NCBI RefSeq assembly: GCF_004010195.1
Contig: NC_057760.1
Span: 3,666,981 to 3,707,571 of the forward strand
DNA length: 40,591 nt
Direction: 5' to 3'
DNA from: Chiloscyllium plagiosum
Taxonomy: Eukaryota
Both the position numbers and the translations under genes were made by a program. Positions within the stretch are counted from its first letter, which is position 1, and each line of letters begins with the position of its first letter. Positions 11,745-24,389 of this stretch are shown here, piece after piece. The notes beneath the pieces are model-generated. The model searched no databases, was not told the DNA's origin, and was given only the letters and a program-made list of their open reading frames with translations.

Positions 11745-12900
11745 GGAAGCTATGAAATAGGAAGTGCAGTAGTCCCTTTGATCAATCGAGTTTGCTACCC
11801 AATTCAATATAATGATGGCTGGCCCTTTATTTCTACACAATACTCCTGCTCTCCCCTTATCCCTTTAGTGTCTCAAAATCCATGTTTATATTCTTGGTTT
11901 CCAGGTGCGAGCACATTCTCCAGGTTCACCAGCTGAGTGCAAACATTTAGTGTCAACTCAATGCAGAATGCCCTATCTGTACCTAATACTGTGGGAGCTT
12001 GTTTTAGACGTCCCAGCCAGGGGAATTATCATCCCTGCTTCCAATCTGTCATGCCCTGTGAGAGTTTTATATATTTCACTGAGATCTCCACTCATTTTCC
12101 TAAGCCCCATGGAATACATGCCCAGTCGCCCCAAACTCTGCGCCCACAACAAGTCTGTCATCCCACAGATCAGTCTGATCATCCTTCGCTGCTCTCCCTC
12201 AATGCCAGGTTTGTCCTTATCTGGTACGGAGACCAAAACTGCACACAATACTGCACAATGTTCGAGATGGGGTCTTATCAAAATCCTATGCAGCTGCAAT
12301 GAGACACCCTTACCCCTGGACTCAAATCCTCCTGAAATGAAGGTCACACATCATTTACCTTCCTAAATGCTTTCTCTTCCTGCAATATTGTTTTCAGTGA
12401 CTGGTGTATAGGGCGATCCAGATCCTTTTCAATGTTACAGCTCCCCACTTGGGGGTCATGTGTACACTGGTCTGTGTGCCAATTCCATGCCCAGTATTGA
12501 CGTCTGGTTTCAGAACTGACTGTGCTGCAGGGACCTCGGAGGTTTTTGCGGACGGAAATAACAAAAAGAAGCATACGTCCTTTGTAGATCAACAAGTTTC
12601 AGCCAATCCCTTTTCAAACGATAGGCTGCCAATCTATTGTTCCCACCAAAGTACACACCGTCACCTCTAACCCACTTTGCTCTCCATCTGCCACGTATTT
12701 GCCCATTCACTTCACTTGTCTCAGTCACCTTGGAGCTTTTTTACAACCTCCTCACCCACTCACAATCCCACAGCCTTTAGTGCTGTCAGCAGGCTGGGAT
12801 AGATTGTACCTGATTCTCGCATATATAATGGGTATTGTGAAAAGCTGAGACCCAAGCATCAATCCCTGCGTTATCAGCAACCTTCCTCTGTTAAAAGAAT
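11745..12900 (-). mobile_element. Decayed CR1-clade LINE 3' region
   Basis: LQLHRILIRPHLEHCA..QRRMIRLICGM..SGDLSEIYK (ORF 11973-12347). Confidence 0.8.
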
Positions 12901-12929
12901 GTTTATCTAAAAATTTAATTATTTCATTA

Positions 12930-15744
12930 ATCTAGGTGTCACTGGCTGGGCGAGCATTTGTTGCCTGCCCCTAGTTACCCTTGAGAAGGTGGTGATGAGC
13001 TGCCTTGTTGCACTGCTGTAGTCCACTTGCTATGGTTGACCCACAATACTATTAGGGAGGGAATTCCAGGATTCTGACCCAGTGACTTAAAGGAACGGTG
13101 ATAATATTTCCAACTCAGGATGGTGAAGGGCTCGGAGGGGAACTTGAAGATGATAGTGTTCCCATACATCTGCTGCCCTTGTCCTTCTAGATAGACGTGA
13201 TCGTGAGTTGGAAAGATGGTATCTGAGGAATTATTTCAGTGCAGCTTGTAGATAGTAAGAAACTGCTGCTGCTGAGCTTTGAATGTGGTGGAGCGTTGAA
13301 TGTGTTGCATTGTGGATGAAGTGACAGTCAAACCTGCTGCTTTCTCCTGGATGGTATTAAGCATCTAGAGTGTTGTTGGGGCTGCACTCATCCAGGCAAA
13401 TGGGGAGTACTCTATCACTCTTCTGACCTTATATTGGAATGAAGGTCATTGATGAAGCAGCCCTGAAGATGTTTGGGTCTAGGCCACTAACCGAGGGACA
13501 CCTACAGACTTGTACTGGAGCTGACTTGATTGACTTTCATCAACCATCACCGCATTCCTAGGTGTTAGGTATGATTCTAACCAGCGGGGAGTTTGTCTCT
13601 GATACCCTTTGATTCCAGTTTTGCTAAGGCCCCATGATGCCACACTTGGTCAAAGTCGGCCTTCCTTTAAAGGGCTGTCACTCTCACCCCACCTCTGGAT
13701 TTCAGCTCTTTTGTGCATGTTTGAACCACGGTAATGAGGTCAGGAGCTGAGTGGTTCTGGTCGAATCCAAACTGCGCGTCATTGACCAGGTTATTGCTGA
13801 GCAGATGCTGCTTGAAAGCACTGACACCTTCCAACACTTTACCGATGACCGAGCGAAGACTGATGGGGTGGTAATTGGCTGGATTGGATTTGTTCTGCTT
13901 TCTATGTATAGCTGATACTTGGGTTAATTTTCCACATAATCGGGTAAATGCTGTTGTAACTGTATTGGAACAGCTTGGCTCGGGCAGTGGAAAGTTCTGG
14001 AGCACAAGATTTCAGTACTATTGCCGGAATGTTGACAAGGTATGTACCATTTTGAGGATCCAGTGTCTCCAACTGAATCTGGATATCACGTGGACTGAAT
14101 CGAATTGGCTGATGACTGGTAACTGAATTACTGAGGAGCACTGGAGGCGGCCGAGATGGATAATCCACTCAGCACTTCTGACTAAAGATTGTTGCGAATG
14201 TATCAAACTTATCTTTAACACTGAAGTGCTAGGCTCTTCCATCATTCCGGATGGGGATACTTGTGGAATCTCCTCCTCCAACGACTTGTTTAATTGTCCA
14301 TAATTATTCTCAACTAGAAGTGGAAGGACTGCAGAGCTAAGACCTGAACCGTTGCTTGGTGGATCAATAAGCTCTATCACTTAGTGTTTTTGCTGTTTGG
14401 CACACACGTGGTTCTGTTTGGTGGCTTCACCAGGTTGACACCGCATGTTCAGGTATGCCCGGTGCTGCCCCTGCCCTCCTGCACACTCCATTGAACCAAG
14501 GTTGATCTTCTGGCTTGATGGTAATTCTTACAAGGGGGATATGCCAGGCCATAGGTTGCACTGGAGTACAATTCTGCTGCTATTTCTGACCCACAGCACC
14601 TTATGGCCACCCAGACTTGAACTGCTAGATCTGTTTGAAGTCCGTTTTATTTAGCACGGTATGATAGAGTACCACCCAATATGATGGAGGATATTCTCAA
14701 TGTGAAGGTGGGACGCCAACCGATACTGGCATGGGCAGATATTTCAGCAACTGGTTGATTCGTAAGGGTGTGATCAAGTATGTTCTTTTCCTCTTATTGC
14801 TTCCTTCACCACCTACCATGGACCCAGTCGAGCAGTTATATCCTTTAGGATCAGACCAGCTCGATCAGTCATGCTGCAGCTGAGCTACTCTTGGTGGTGG
14901 ACATTGAAATCCTCCACCCAGAGTACATCTTGCGTCCTTGCCACCCTCAGTGCTTCCGTCAAGTGTTGGTCAGCATGGAGGAGTACTGATTCATCAGTTG
15001 AGAGAGGCTGGTACATGGTAATCAGCAGGAGGTTTCCTTTCCCATGTGTAAACTAATGCCATGAGACTTCATGGAATACGGAGCCAATGTAGAGGACTCC
15101 TGGAGCAATTCCCTTCCATTTGTATCCCACTGTCTCACCACATCTGCTGTGCCTGTCCTGCTGGTGAGGCAGGAGATATCAAGGGGTGATAATGGCGGTG
15201 TCTGGGAGATAGTGATACTTACAGAATCAAACCTTGCAGACAATGTCAGGCTCTTGCTTGACGAGTCTCTTATTGCTTCCTTCACCACCTACCATGGACC
15301 CAGTCGAGCAGTTATATCCTTTAGGATCAGACCAGCTCGATCAGTAATGCTGCAGCTGAGCTACTCTTGGTGGTGGACATTGAAATCCTCCATCCAGAGT
15401 ACATCCTGCGTCCTTGCCACCCTCAGTGCTTCCTTCAAGTGTTGGTCAGCATGGAGGAGTACTGATTCATCAGTTGAGAGAGGCTGGTACATGGTAATCA
15501 GCAGGAGGTTTCCTTTCCCATGTGTAAACTAATGCCATGAGACTTCATGGAATACGGAGCCAATGTAGAGGACTCCCGGAGCAATTCCCTTCCATTTGTA
15601 TCCCACTGTCTCACCACATCTGCTGTGCCTGTCCTACTGGTGAGGCAGGAGATATCAAGGGGTGATAATGGCGGTGTCTGGGAGATAGTGATACTTACAG
15701 AATCAAACCTTGCAGACAATGTCAGGCTCTTGCTTGACGAGTCT
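12930..15744 (-). mobile_element. Decayed LINE (CR1/L2 group) with endonuclease, RT and 3' tail
   Basis: KSNPANYHPISLRSVIGKVLEG..QFGFDQNHSAPDLI..VRVTAL (ORF 13667-14005). Endonuclease-region sequence at 14.5-15.7 kb; 3' tail at ~12930-13000. Confidence 0.8.
14791..15744. repeat. 476-bp tandem duplication
   Basis: Copies start at 14791 and 15267; ORFs at 15071 and 15547 are offset by 476; about 6 differences by eye. Confidence 0.92.
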
Positions 15745-16172
15745 GTTTATTTCTATTCACTGTTTCATGCCAGCTCTCCCATTCTAGAAACATGTCCAGA
15801 TATTCGCCCCAATTCACTCAGGTTTAATTTTGCAAACGAGGCTTGGAGCTTTACCAAAATGTTTATGAAAATCCAAATGTGTTACATCTATTGCTTCTCT
15901 TTCATTTGTCTCCCAGTCTGTTTGTCAAACAGAATTCCCATTTCATAAATCTATGTTAGTGTTGTCTATGACCATTACTGCCATTCCCAATAATTTCTCC
16001 TCAACCATTTACTTATTATGTTCGACATTCCATGTACTAGATCCTTTTCCCACACCAGACTTGGTTTTCCTGGTATTGTTAGTACGTTCTGTGAAGACAG
16101 AGCTGAAGTAGCAGCTTCATAGTTCTGCCATTTTCCTGTTCTCCACTCTCCATTCTCTGGTTTCAGAATGTA

Positions 16173-16672
16173 NNNNNNNNNNNNNNNNNNNNNNNNNNNN
16201 NNNNNNNNNNNNNNNNNNNNNNNNNNNNNNNNNNNNNNNNNNNNNNNNNNNNNNNNNNNNNNNNNNNNNNNNNNNNNNNNNNNNNNNNNNNNNNNNNNNN
16301 NNNNNNNNNNNNNNNNNNNNNNNNNNNNNNNNNNNNNNNNNNNNNNNNNNNNNNNNNNNNNNNNNNNNNNNNNNNNNNNNNNNNNNNNNNNNNNNNNNNN
16401 NNNNNNNNNNNNNNNNNNNNNNNNNNNNNNNNNNNNNNNNNNNNNNNNNNNNNNNNNNNNNNNNNNNNNNNNNNNNNNNNNNNNNNNNNNNNNNNNNNNN
16501 NNNNNNNNNNNNNNNNNNNNNNNNNNNNNNNNNNNNNNNNNNNNNNNNNNNNNNNNNNNNNNNNNNNNNNNNNNNNNNNNNNNNNNNNNNNNNNNNNNNN
16601 NNNNNNNNNNNNNNNNNNNNNNNNNNNNNNNNNNNNNNNNNNNNNNNNNNNNNNNNNNNNNNNNNNNNNNNN
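16173..16672. other. Assembly gap (500 N, probably an unsized scaffolding join)
   Basis: Run of exactly 500 N. Confidence 0.98.
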
Positions 16673-17479
16673 GGAACTAGTGGGACTTGAACCTGGTCTT
16701 CCAGAGTCTTAGGCTGGGACACCAACAGTCCTTGCCTGATCTCTACAACAGCAACTCTTTCCCTCACCCCATCTTACCCTCTTACTCCAAACCACTCTTC
16801 CTCACACCAGCCTCTCGCCACTATTCCCTCCCACCCCTCAGTCCCCTTCCATCACACTGTCCATTCATGCTGCTGAAAAGTCTCTCTCTGATAACTTACT
16901 GTACTGTTTGGGTGAAAGGTTTTCACACTCTCACCTGGATGAGCAGATCTGTTGAACTTGCTGTGGGGTCAATGCAAACGTAACAACAGCTTCCTCAAAC
17001 CGCTGCCCATTACTTGATACTGTATAAAAAGAAAGCAGAAAGGAAACAATAGAGATACCAGCTCATAATCATCAACAAATAATACCGGCCTGTGAAACTA
17101 AAAGATAACAAAGAACCAGGGACGCTGGAACTCTTGAAACGTAAACAGCAACTGGAGAAATGCAGCAGGTCTGGTAGCATCTACAGAGAAAAACCAGAAT
17201 TAATGTTCCCAGTCTAGTTTTAAGAAATCTCCCTTCCCTTCCCCCATCACACTGGCCCTCTCTGCTCTCCCCTTCCTGCCCTTCACAGCTTCCTCCTCCC
17301 CTGTTGCTCTATCTTACTGACTGACTTGGAGAGAGGTCAAACCTGTCCATACTGTTAACACAGCACCATGTATGGGTGTAAGCAATTCTGCACATGCTGC
17401 AACATGGGGACTTCGGTCCCATTTTCGTTCTGGTCTTTATAAAATACATGTCATCTGATATTGCAGTTCTACAAAATTT

Positions 17480-17707
17480 GTCTCAGTTGGCTGGACAGCC
17501 AGCTTATGACGCTAAGAGATACCAACAATATGGGCTCAATTCCTGCAATGACCGAGGTCACCATGAAGGACTCGCCTTCACAGTCTCTCCCGTTACCAGA
17601 GGTGTGGGGACCCTCAGGTTAAATCACCACCAGTTGCCTCTTGTGAATGAGTGAGCATCCCTATAGTCCAGTAAGACTATGGCAACTTTACTTTTACCTT
17701 GCCTTTA
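17480..17707 (+). mobile_element. Probable tRNA-derived SINE
   Basis: A-box-like ctcagttggc, B-box-like gggctcaattcc, terminal hairpin atagtc..gactat and (acttt/acctt)n tail. Confidence 0.55.
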
Positions 17708-17857
17708 GGCCAAAGAGCAACCCAACAAACTCTGGCCATGCCGGGTACAGGATGATCACTGGCCAACAATATTGGCTCTTCCAATTCCATTGATTTCCCC
17801 TTCCCTCCCCTCCACCCCACACTCCACGTTCCAGACCATTTGTCACCATGGCTTTAC

Positions 17858-18317
17858 CTAATGTGGTCGGTTTGGTCAGCTCATCATAGATGTCATAAAA
17901 TGGCAGTCTCCTCATTTTGACGTCTGGATGCACTGGAGGCGACAGATGTTGTAAATCTAATTCTCGCTTGGGAGTGAGCATGCTGAGAGGAGACAGCAGT
18001 GGGGACACCAAGGCCGAGGCAGCAGAGGTACTGTAGTGAAGCTGTGGGTTGCTGCTGAGGGCCAGCGACGCACTGGCTGAGGGGTGAGCTGCGGCATTCT
18101 GGACAGACAGTAAAGGCAACTCCATGGTGGCGTGGCTCTTGCGTGGGAAGCGGCGCCTGTAGAGCTCTTTGATTTTCATGTGCACAGCTGGACTGCAGCC
18201 AGACTTCAGCATGTACAGCACTTTGGTCAGCAGCTCGTGTTTACGGCCTGTCTTATTCCGGCCAGAGAATCCCAGCAGCACTTGGAGTTCCGACACTCTA
18301 AAGCTCATCACCATGTG
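17858..18317 (-). CDS. PIAS3: Internal coding exon of a PIAS-family SUMO E3 ligase (SAP domain with LxxLL, start of PINIT); most like PIAS3 exon 2
   Basis: HMVMSFRVSELQVLLGFSGRNKTGRKHELL..KIKELYRRRFPRK..PKRE..PVHPDVKMRRLPFYDIYDELTKPTTL. Acceptor ctttgttttgcag ends at 18318, donor gtaaag starts at 17857; 460 nt, phase 0 to phase 1. HMVMSF, FPRK, PKRE and PTTL favour PIAS3 over PIAS1, but the paralog call is less certain than the family call. Confidence 0.9.
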
Positions 18318-18812
18318 CTGCAAAACAAAGAAGCTGTTTGAGTAGGGACTAGGTAGGCCAGAGAAGAGTGGGGAAAAGGTGGGGGCTGCAGAACCGGAAA
18401 TGGTTGAGTGTCAGGGAGGGGCGTCAGGGGAGAGTGTAATTTATCAGGGTGACTGACAAGATGCCAGGGAAATGGAGGAGGGGGGGGCTGTGTGGGTGTT
18501 GGTAAGAGTGACTGTTGGGATGTGGGAATAAAAGCTGGAGATGATGGCAAGCAGTTGAGGAGCAGGAGGTATGGGATGAGGGAAGAGGTTGGCACATCAA
18601 TGAGGGGCCAGGGGCGCCTATTGGGGAGGGAGAGGTGGTGGTGGGACACATTGGGTGTGGGGAGTGAGTAGAAGGCAGGCAGTGGGGCAAATAGAGTGAC
18701 AGTGGGTATCTGTGCACTTGGGCATAGGTTGAGATGCATCAGTGGAGAGGGCGGGTGTCAAAAGAGGGAGGGATGTTCTCAGTGGGAGGTGGGGCAGCTG
18801 GGGATTGCGGTT

Positions 18813-21800
18813 CTATGGGGTACGGCCGTTGGGCGCGCGGGTGTATGAGAATGACGGAGTGGGCGGGGTCTATGGGGTACGGCCGTTGGGCGCGCGGGTG
18901 TATGAGAATGACGGAGTGGGCGGGGTCTATGGGGTACGGCCGTTGGGCGCGCGGGTGTATGAGAATGACGGAGTGGGCGGGGTCTATGGGGTACGGCCGT
19001 TGGGCGCGCGGGTGTATGAGAATGACGGAGTGGGCGGGGTCTATGGGGTACGGCCGTTGGGCGCGCGGGTGTATGAGAATGACGGAGTGGGCGGGGTCTA
19101 TGGGGTACGGCCGTTGGGCGCGCGGGTGTATGAGAATGACGGAGTGGGCGGGGTCTATGGGGTACGGCCGTTGGGCGCGCGGGTGTATGAGAATGACGGA
19201 GTGGGCGGGGTCTATGGGGTACGGCCGTTGGGCGCGCGGGTGTATGAGAATGACGGAGTGGGCGGGGTCTATGGGGTACGGCCGTTGGGCGCGCGGGTGT
19301 ATGAGAATGACGGAGTGGGCGGGGTCTATGGGGTACGGCCGTTGGGCGCGCGGGTGTATGAGAATGACGGAGTGGGCGGGGTCTATGGGGTACGGCCGTT
19401 GGGCGCGCGGGTGTATGAGAATGACGGAGTGGGCGGGGTCTATGGGGTACGGCCGTTGGGCGCGCGGGTGTATGAGAATGACGGAGTGGGCGGGGTCTAT
19501 GGGGTACGGCCGTTGGGCGCGCGGGTGTATGAGAATGACGGAGTGGGCGGGGTCTATGGGGTACGGCCGTTGGGCGCGCGGGTGTATGAGAATGACGGAG
19601 TGGGCGGGGTCTATGGGGTACGGCCGTTGGGCGCGCGGGTGTATGAGAATGACGGAGTGGGCGGGGTCTATGGGGTACGGCCGTTGGGCGCGCGGGTGTA
19701 TGAGAATGACGGAGTGGGCGGGGTCTATGGGGTACGGCCGTTGGGCGCGCGGGTGTATGAGAATGACGGAGTGGGCGGGGTCTATGGGGTACGGCCGTTG
19801 GGCGCGCGGGTGTATGAGAATGACGGAGTGGGCGGGGTCTATGGGGTACGGCCGTTGGGCGCGCGGGTGTATGAGAATGACGGAGTGGGCGGGGTCTATG
19901 GGGTACGGCCGTTGGGCGCGCGGGTGTATGAGAATGACGGAGTGGGCGGGGTCTATGGGGTACGGCCGTTGGGCGCGCGGGTGTATGAGAATGACGGAGT
20001 GGGCGGGGTCTATGGGGTACGGCCGTTGGGCGCGCGGGTGTATGAGAATGACGGAGTGGGCGGGGTCTATGGGGTACGGCCGTTGGGCGCGCGGGTGTAT
20101 GAGAATGACGGAGTGGGCGGGGTCTATGGGGTACGGCCGTTGGGCGCGCGGGTGTATGAGAATGACGGAGTGGGCGGGGTCTATGGGGTACGGCCGTTGG
20201 GCGCGCGGGTGTATGAGAATGACGGAGTGGGCGGGGTCTATGGGGTACGGCCGTTGGGCGCGCGGGTGTATGAGAATGACGGAGTGGGCGGGGTCTATGG
20301 GGTACGGCCGTTGGGCGCGCGGGTGTATGAGAATGACGGAGTGGGCGGGGTCTATGGGGTACGGCCGTTGGGCGCGCGGGTGTATGAGAATGACGGAGTG
20401 GGCGGGGTCTATGGGGTACGGCCGTTGGGCGCGCGGGTGTATGAGAATGACGGAGTGGGCGGGGTCTATGGGGTACGGCCGTTGGGCGCGCGGGTGTATG
20501 AGAATGACGGAGTGGGCGGGGTCTATGGGGTACGGCCGTTGGGCGCGCGGGTGTATGAGAATGACGGAGTGGGCGGGGTCTATGGGGTACGGCCGTTGGG
20601 CGCGCGGGTGTATGAGAATGACGGAGTGGGCGGGGTCTATGGGGTACGGCCGTTGGGCGCGCGGGTGTATGAGAATGACGGAGTGGGCGGGGTCTATGGG
20701 GTACGGCCGTTGGGCGCGCGGGTGTATGAGAATGACGGAGTGGGCGGGGTCTATGGGGTACGGCCGTTGGGCGCGCGGGTGTATGAGAATGACGGAGTGG
20801 GCGGGGTCTATGGGGTACGGCCGTTGGGCGCGCGGGTGTATGAGAATGACGGAGTGGGCGGGGTCTATGGGGTACGGCCGTTGGGCGCGCGGGTGTATGA
20901 GAATGACGGAGTGGGCGGGGTCTATGGGGTACGGCCGTTGGGCGCGCGGGTGTATGAGAATGACGGAGTGGGCGGGGTCTATGGGGTACGGCCGTTGGGC
21001 GCGCGGGTGTATGAGAATGACGGAGTGGGCGGGGTCTATGGGGTACGGCCGTTGGGCGCGCGGGTGTATGAGAATGACGGAGTGGGCGGGGTCTATGGGG
21101 TACGGCCGTTGGGCGCGCGGGTGTATGAGAATGACGGAGTGGGCGGGGTCTATGGGGTACGGCCGTTGGGCGCGCGGGTGTATGAGAATGACGGAGTGGG
21201 CGGGGTCTATGGGGTACGGCCGTTGGGCGCGCGGGTGTATGAGAATGACGGAGTGGGCGGGGTCTATGGGGTACGGCCGTTGGGCGCGCGGGTGTATGAG
21301 AATGACGGAGTGGGCGGGGTCTATGGGGTACGGCCGTTGGGCGCGCGGGTGTATGAGAATGACGGAGTGGGCGGGGTCTATGGGGTACGGCCGTTGGGCG
21401 CGCGGGTGTATGAGAATGACGGAGTGGGCGGGGTCTATGGGGTACGGCCGTTGGGCGCGCGGGTGTATGAGAATGACGGAGTGGGCGGGGTCTATGGGGT
21501 ACGGCCGTTGGGCGCGCGGGTGTATGAGAATGACGGAGTGGGCGGGGTCTATGGGGTACGGCCGTTGGGCGCGCGGGTGTATGAGAATGACGGAGTGGGC
21601 GGGGTCTATGGGGTACGGCCGTTGGGCGCGCGGGTGTATGAGAATGACGGAGTGGGCGGGGTCTATGGGGTACGGCCGTTGGGCGCGCGGGTGTATGAGA
21701 ATGACGGAGTGGGCGGGGTCTATGGGGTACGGCCGTTGGGCGCGCGGGTGTATGAGAATGACGGAGTGGGCGGGGTCTATGGGGTACGGCCGTTGGGCGC

Positions 21801-24283
21801 GCGGGTGTATGAGAATGACGGAGTGGGCGGGGTCTATGGGGTACGGCCGTTGGGCGCGCGGGTGTATGAGAATGACGGAGTGGGCGGGGTCTATGGGGTA
21901 CGGCCGTTGGGCGCGCGGGTGTATGAGAATGACGGAGTGGGCGGGGTCTATGGGGTACGGCCGTTGGGCGCGCGGGTGTATGAGAATGACGGAGTGGGCG
22001 GGGTCTATGGGGTACGGCCGTTGGGCGCGCGGGTGTATGAGAATGACGGAGTGGGCGGGGTCTATGGGGTACGGCCGTTGGGCGCGCGGGTGTATGAGAA
22101 TGACGGAGTGGGCGGGGTCTATGGGGTACGGCCGTTGGGCGCGCGGGTGTATGAGAATGACGGAGTGGGCGGGGTCTATGGGGTACGGCCGTTGGGCGCG
22201 CGGGTGTATGAGAATGACGGAGTGGGCGGGGTCTATGGGGTACGGCCGTTGGGCGCGCGGGTGTATGAGAATGACGGAGTGGGCGGGGTCTATGGGGTAC
22301 GGCCGTTGGGCGCGCGGGTGTATGAGAATGACGGAGTGGGCGGGGTCTATGGGGTACGGCCGTTGGGCGCGCGGGTGTATGAGAATGACGGAGTGGGCGG
22401 GGTCTATGGGGTACGGCCGTTGGGCGCGCGGGTGTATGAGAATGACGGAGTGGGCGGGGTCTATGGGGTACGGCCGTTGGGCGCGCGGGTGTATGAGAAT
22501 GACGGAGTGGGCGGGGTCTATGGGGTACGGCCGTTGGGCGCGCGGGTGTATGAGAATGACGGAGTGGGCGGGGTCTATGGGGTACGGCCGTTGGGCGCGC
22601 GGGTGTATGAGAATGACGGAGTGGGCGGGGTCTATGGGGTACGGCCGTTGGGCGCGCGGGTGTATGAGAATGACGGAGTGGGCGGGGTCTATGGGGTACG
22701 GCCGTTGGGCGCGCGGGTGTATGAGAATGACGGAGTGGGCGGGGTCTATGGGGTACGGCCGTTGGGCGCGCGGGTGTATGAGAATGACGGAGTGGGCGGG
22801 GTCTATGGGGTACGGCCGTTGGGCGCGCGGGTGTATGAGAATGACGGAGTGGGCGGGGTCTATGGGGTACGGCCGTTGGGCGCGCGGGTGTATGAGAATG
22901 ACGGAGTGGGCGGGGTCTATGGGGTACGGCCGTTGGGCGCGCGGGTGTATGAGAATGACGGAGTGGGCGGGGTCTATGGGGTACGGCCGTTGGGCGCGCG
23001 GGTGTATGAGAATGACGGAGTGGGCGGGGTCTATGGGGTACGGCCGTTGGGCGCGCGGGTGTATGAGAATGACGGAGTGGGCGGGGTCTATGGGGTACGG
23101 CCGTTGGGCGCGCGGGTGTATGAGAATGACGGAGTGGGCGGGGTCTATGGGGTACGGCCGTTGGGCGCGCGGGTGTATGAGAATGACGGAGTGGGCGGGG
23201 TCTATGGGGTACGGCCGTTGGGCGCGCGGGTGTATGAGAATGACGGAGTGGGCGGGGTCTATGGGGTACGGCCGTTGGGCGCGCGGGTGTATGAGAATGA
23301 CGGAGTGGGCGGGGTCTATGGGGTACGGCCGTTGGGCGCGCGGGTGTATGAGAATGACGGAGTGGGCGGGGTCTATGGGGTACGGCCGTTGGGCGCGCGG
23401 GTGTATGAGAATGACGGAGTGGGCGGGGTCTATGGGGTACGGCCGTTGGGCGCGCGGGTGTATGAGAATGACGGAGTGGGCGGGGTCTATGGGGTACGGC
23501 CGTTGGGCGCGCGGGTGTATGAGAATGACGGAGTGGGCGGGGTCTATGGGGTACGGCCGTTGGGCGCGCGGGTGTATGAGAATGACGGAGTGGGCGGGGT
23601 CTATGGGGTACGGCCGTTGGGCGCGCGGGTGTATGAGAATGACGGAGTGGGCGGGGTCTATGGGGTACGGCCGTTGGGCGCGCGGGTGTATGAGAATGAC
23701 GGAGTGGGCGGGGTCTATGGGGTACGGCCGTTGGGCGCGCGGGTGTATGAGAATGACGGAGTGGGCGGGGTCTATGGGGTACGGCCGTTGGGCGCGCGGG
23801 TGTATGAGAATGACGGAGTGGGCGGGGTCTATGGGGTACGGCCGTTGGGCGCGCGGGTGTATGAGAATGACGGAGTGGGCGGGGTCTATGGGGTACGGCC
23901 GTTGGGCGCGCGGGTGTATGAGAATGACGGAGTGGGCGGGGTCTATGGGGTACGGCCGTTGGGCGCGCGGGTGTATGAGAATGACGGAGTGGGCGGGGTC
24001 TATGGGGTACGGCCGTTGGGCGCGCGGGTGTATGAGAATGACGGAGTGGGCGGGGTCTATGGGGTACGGCCGTTGGGCGCGCGGGTGTATGAGAATGACG
24101 GAGTGGGCGGGGTGTATGGGGTACGGCCGTTGGGCGCGCGGGTGTATGAGAATGACGGAGTGGGCGGGGTCTATGGGGTACGGCCGTTGAGCGCGCGCTG
24201 TATGAGAAAGCCTCGGAGTGGGCGGGGTGTATGGGGTACGGCCGTTGGGCGCGCGGGTGTATGAGAATGACGGAGTGGGCGGG
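18813..24283. repeat. 57-bp tandem array, ~96 copies, near-identical
   Basis: Unit tatggggtacggccgttgggcgcgcgggtgtatgagaatgacggagtgggcggggtc. Period confirmed from 18814 to 24001 = 91 x 57; variants only in the last ~4 units. Confidence 0.98.
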
Positions 24284-24389
24284 AGCGTTGGGATGGTTTA
24301 GGCGGGAAGCTGTGGGCATGAGGCTGAGTTGTTAAGTGAGAGGGGGAGTTCAATGTGGAGTAACCAGAAGACTGGGCTGGATGTAGCAA

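Noticed and set aside
16117..16767. ORFs spanning the N run
   Set aside because: Artefacts of the assembly gap.
17694..18323. 209-aa single-exon PIAS ORF or retrocopy
   Set aside because: Homology begins after a canonical acceptor and ends at a GT donor; the remainder is intron read-through.
18813..24283. CRISPR array or immunoglobulin switch-like region
   Set aside because: No unique spacers and a eukaryotic context; no AGCT motifs or Ig segments nearby.
18734..24319. Three ~1800-aa ORFs
   Set aside because: They arise from a 57-bp (19-codon) unit that lacks stops in four of six frames. There is no synonymous variation, no domain, and they overlap on both strands.
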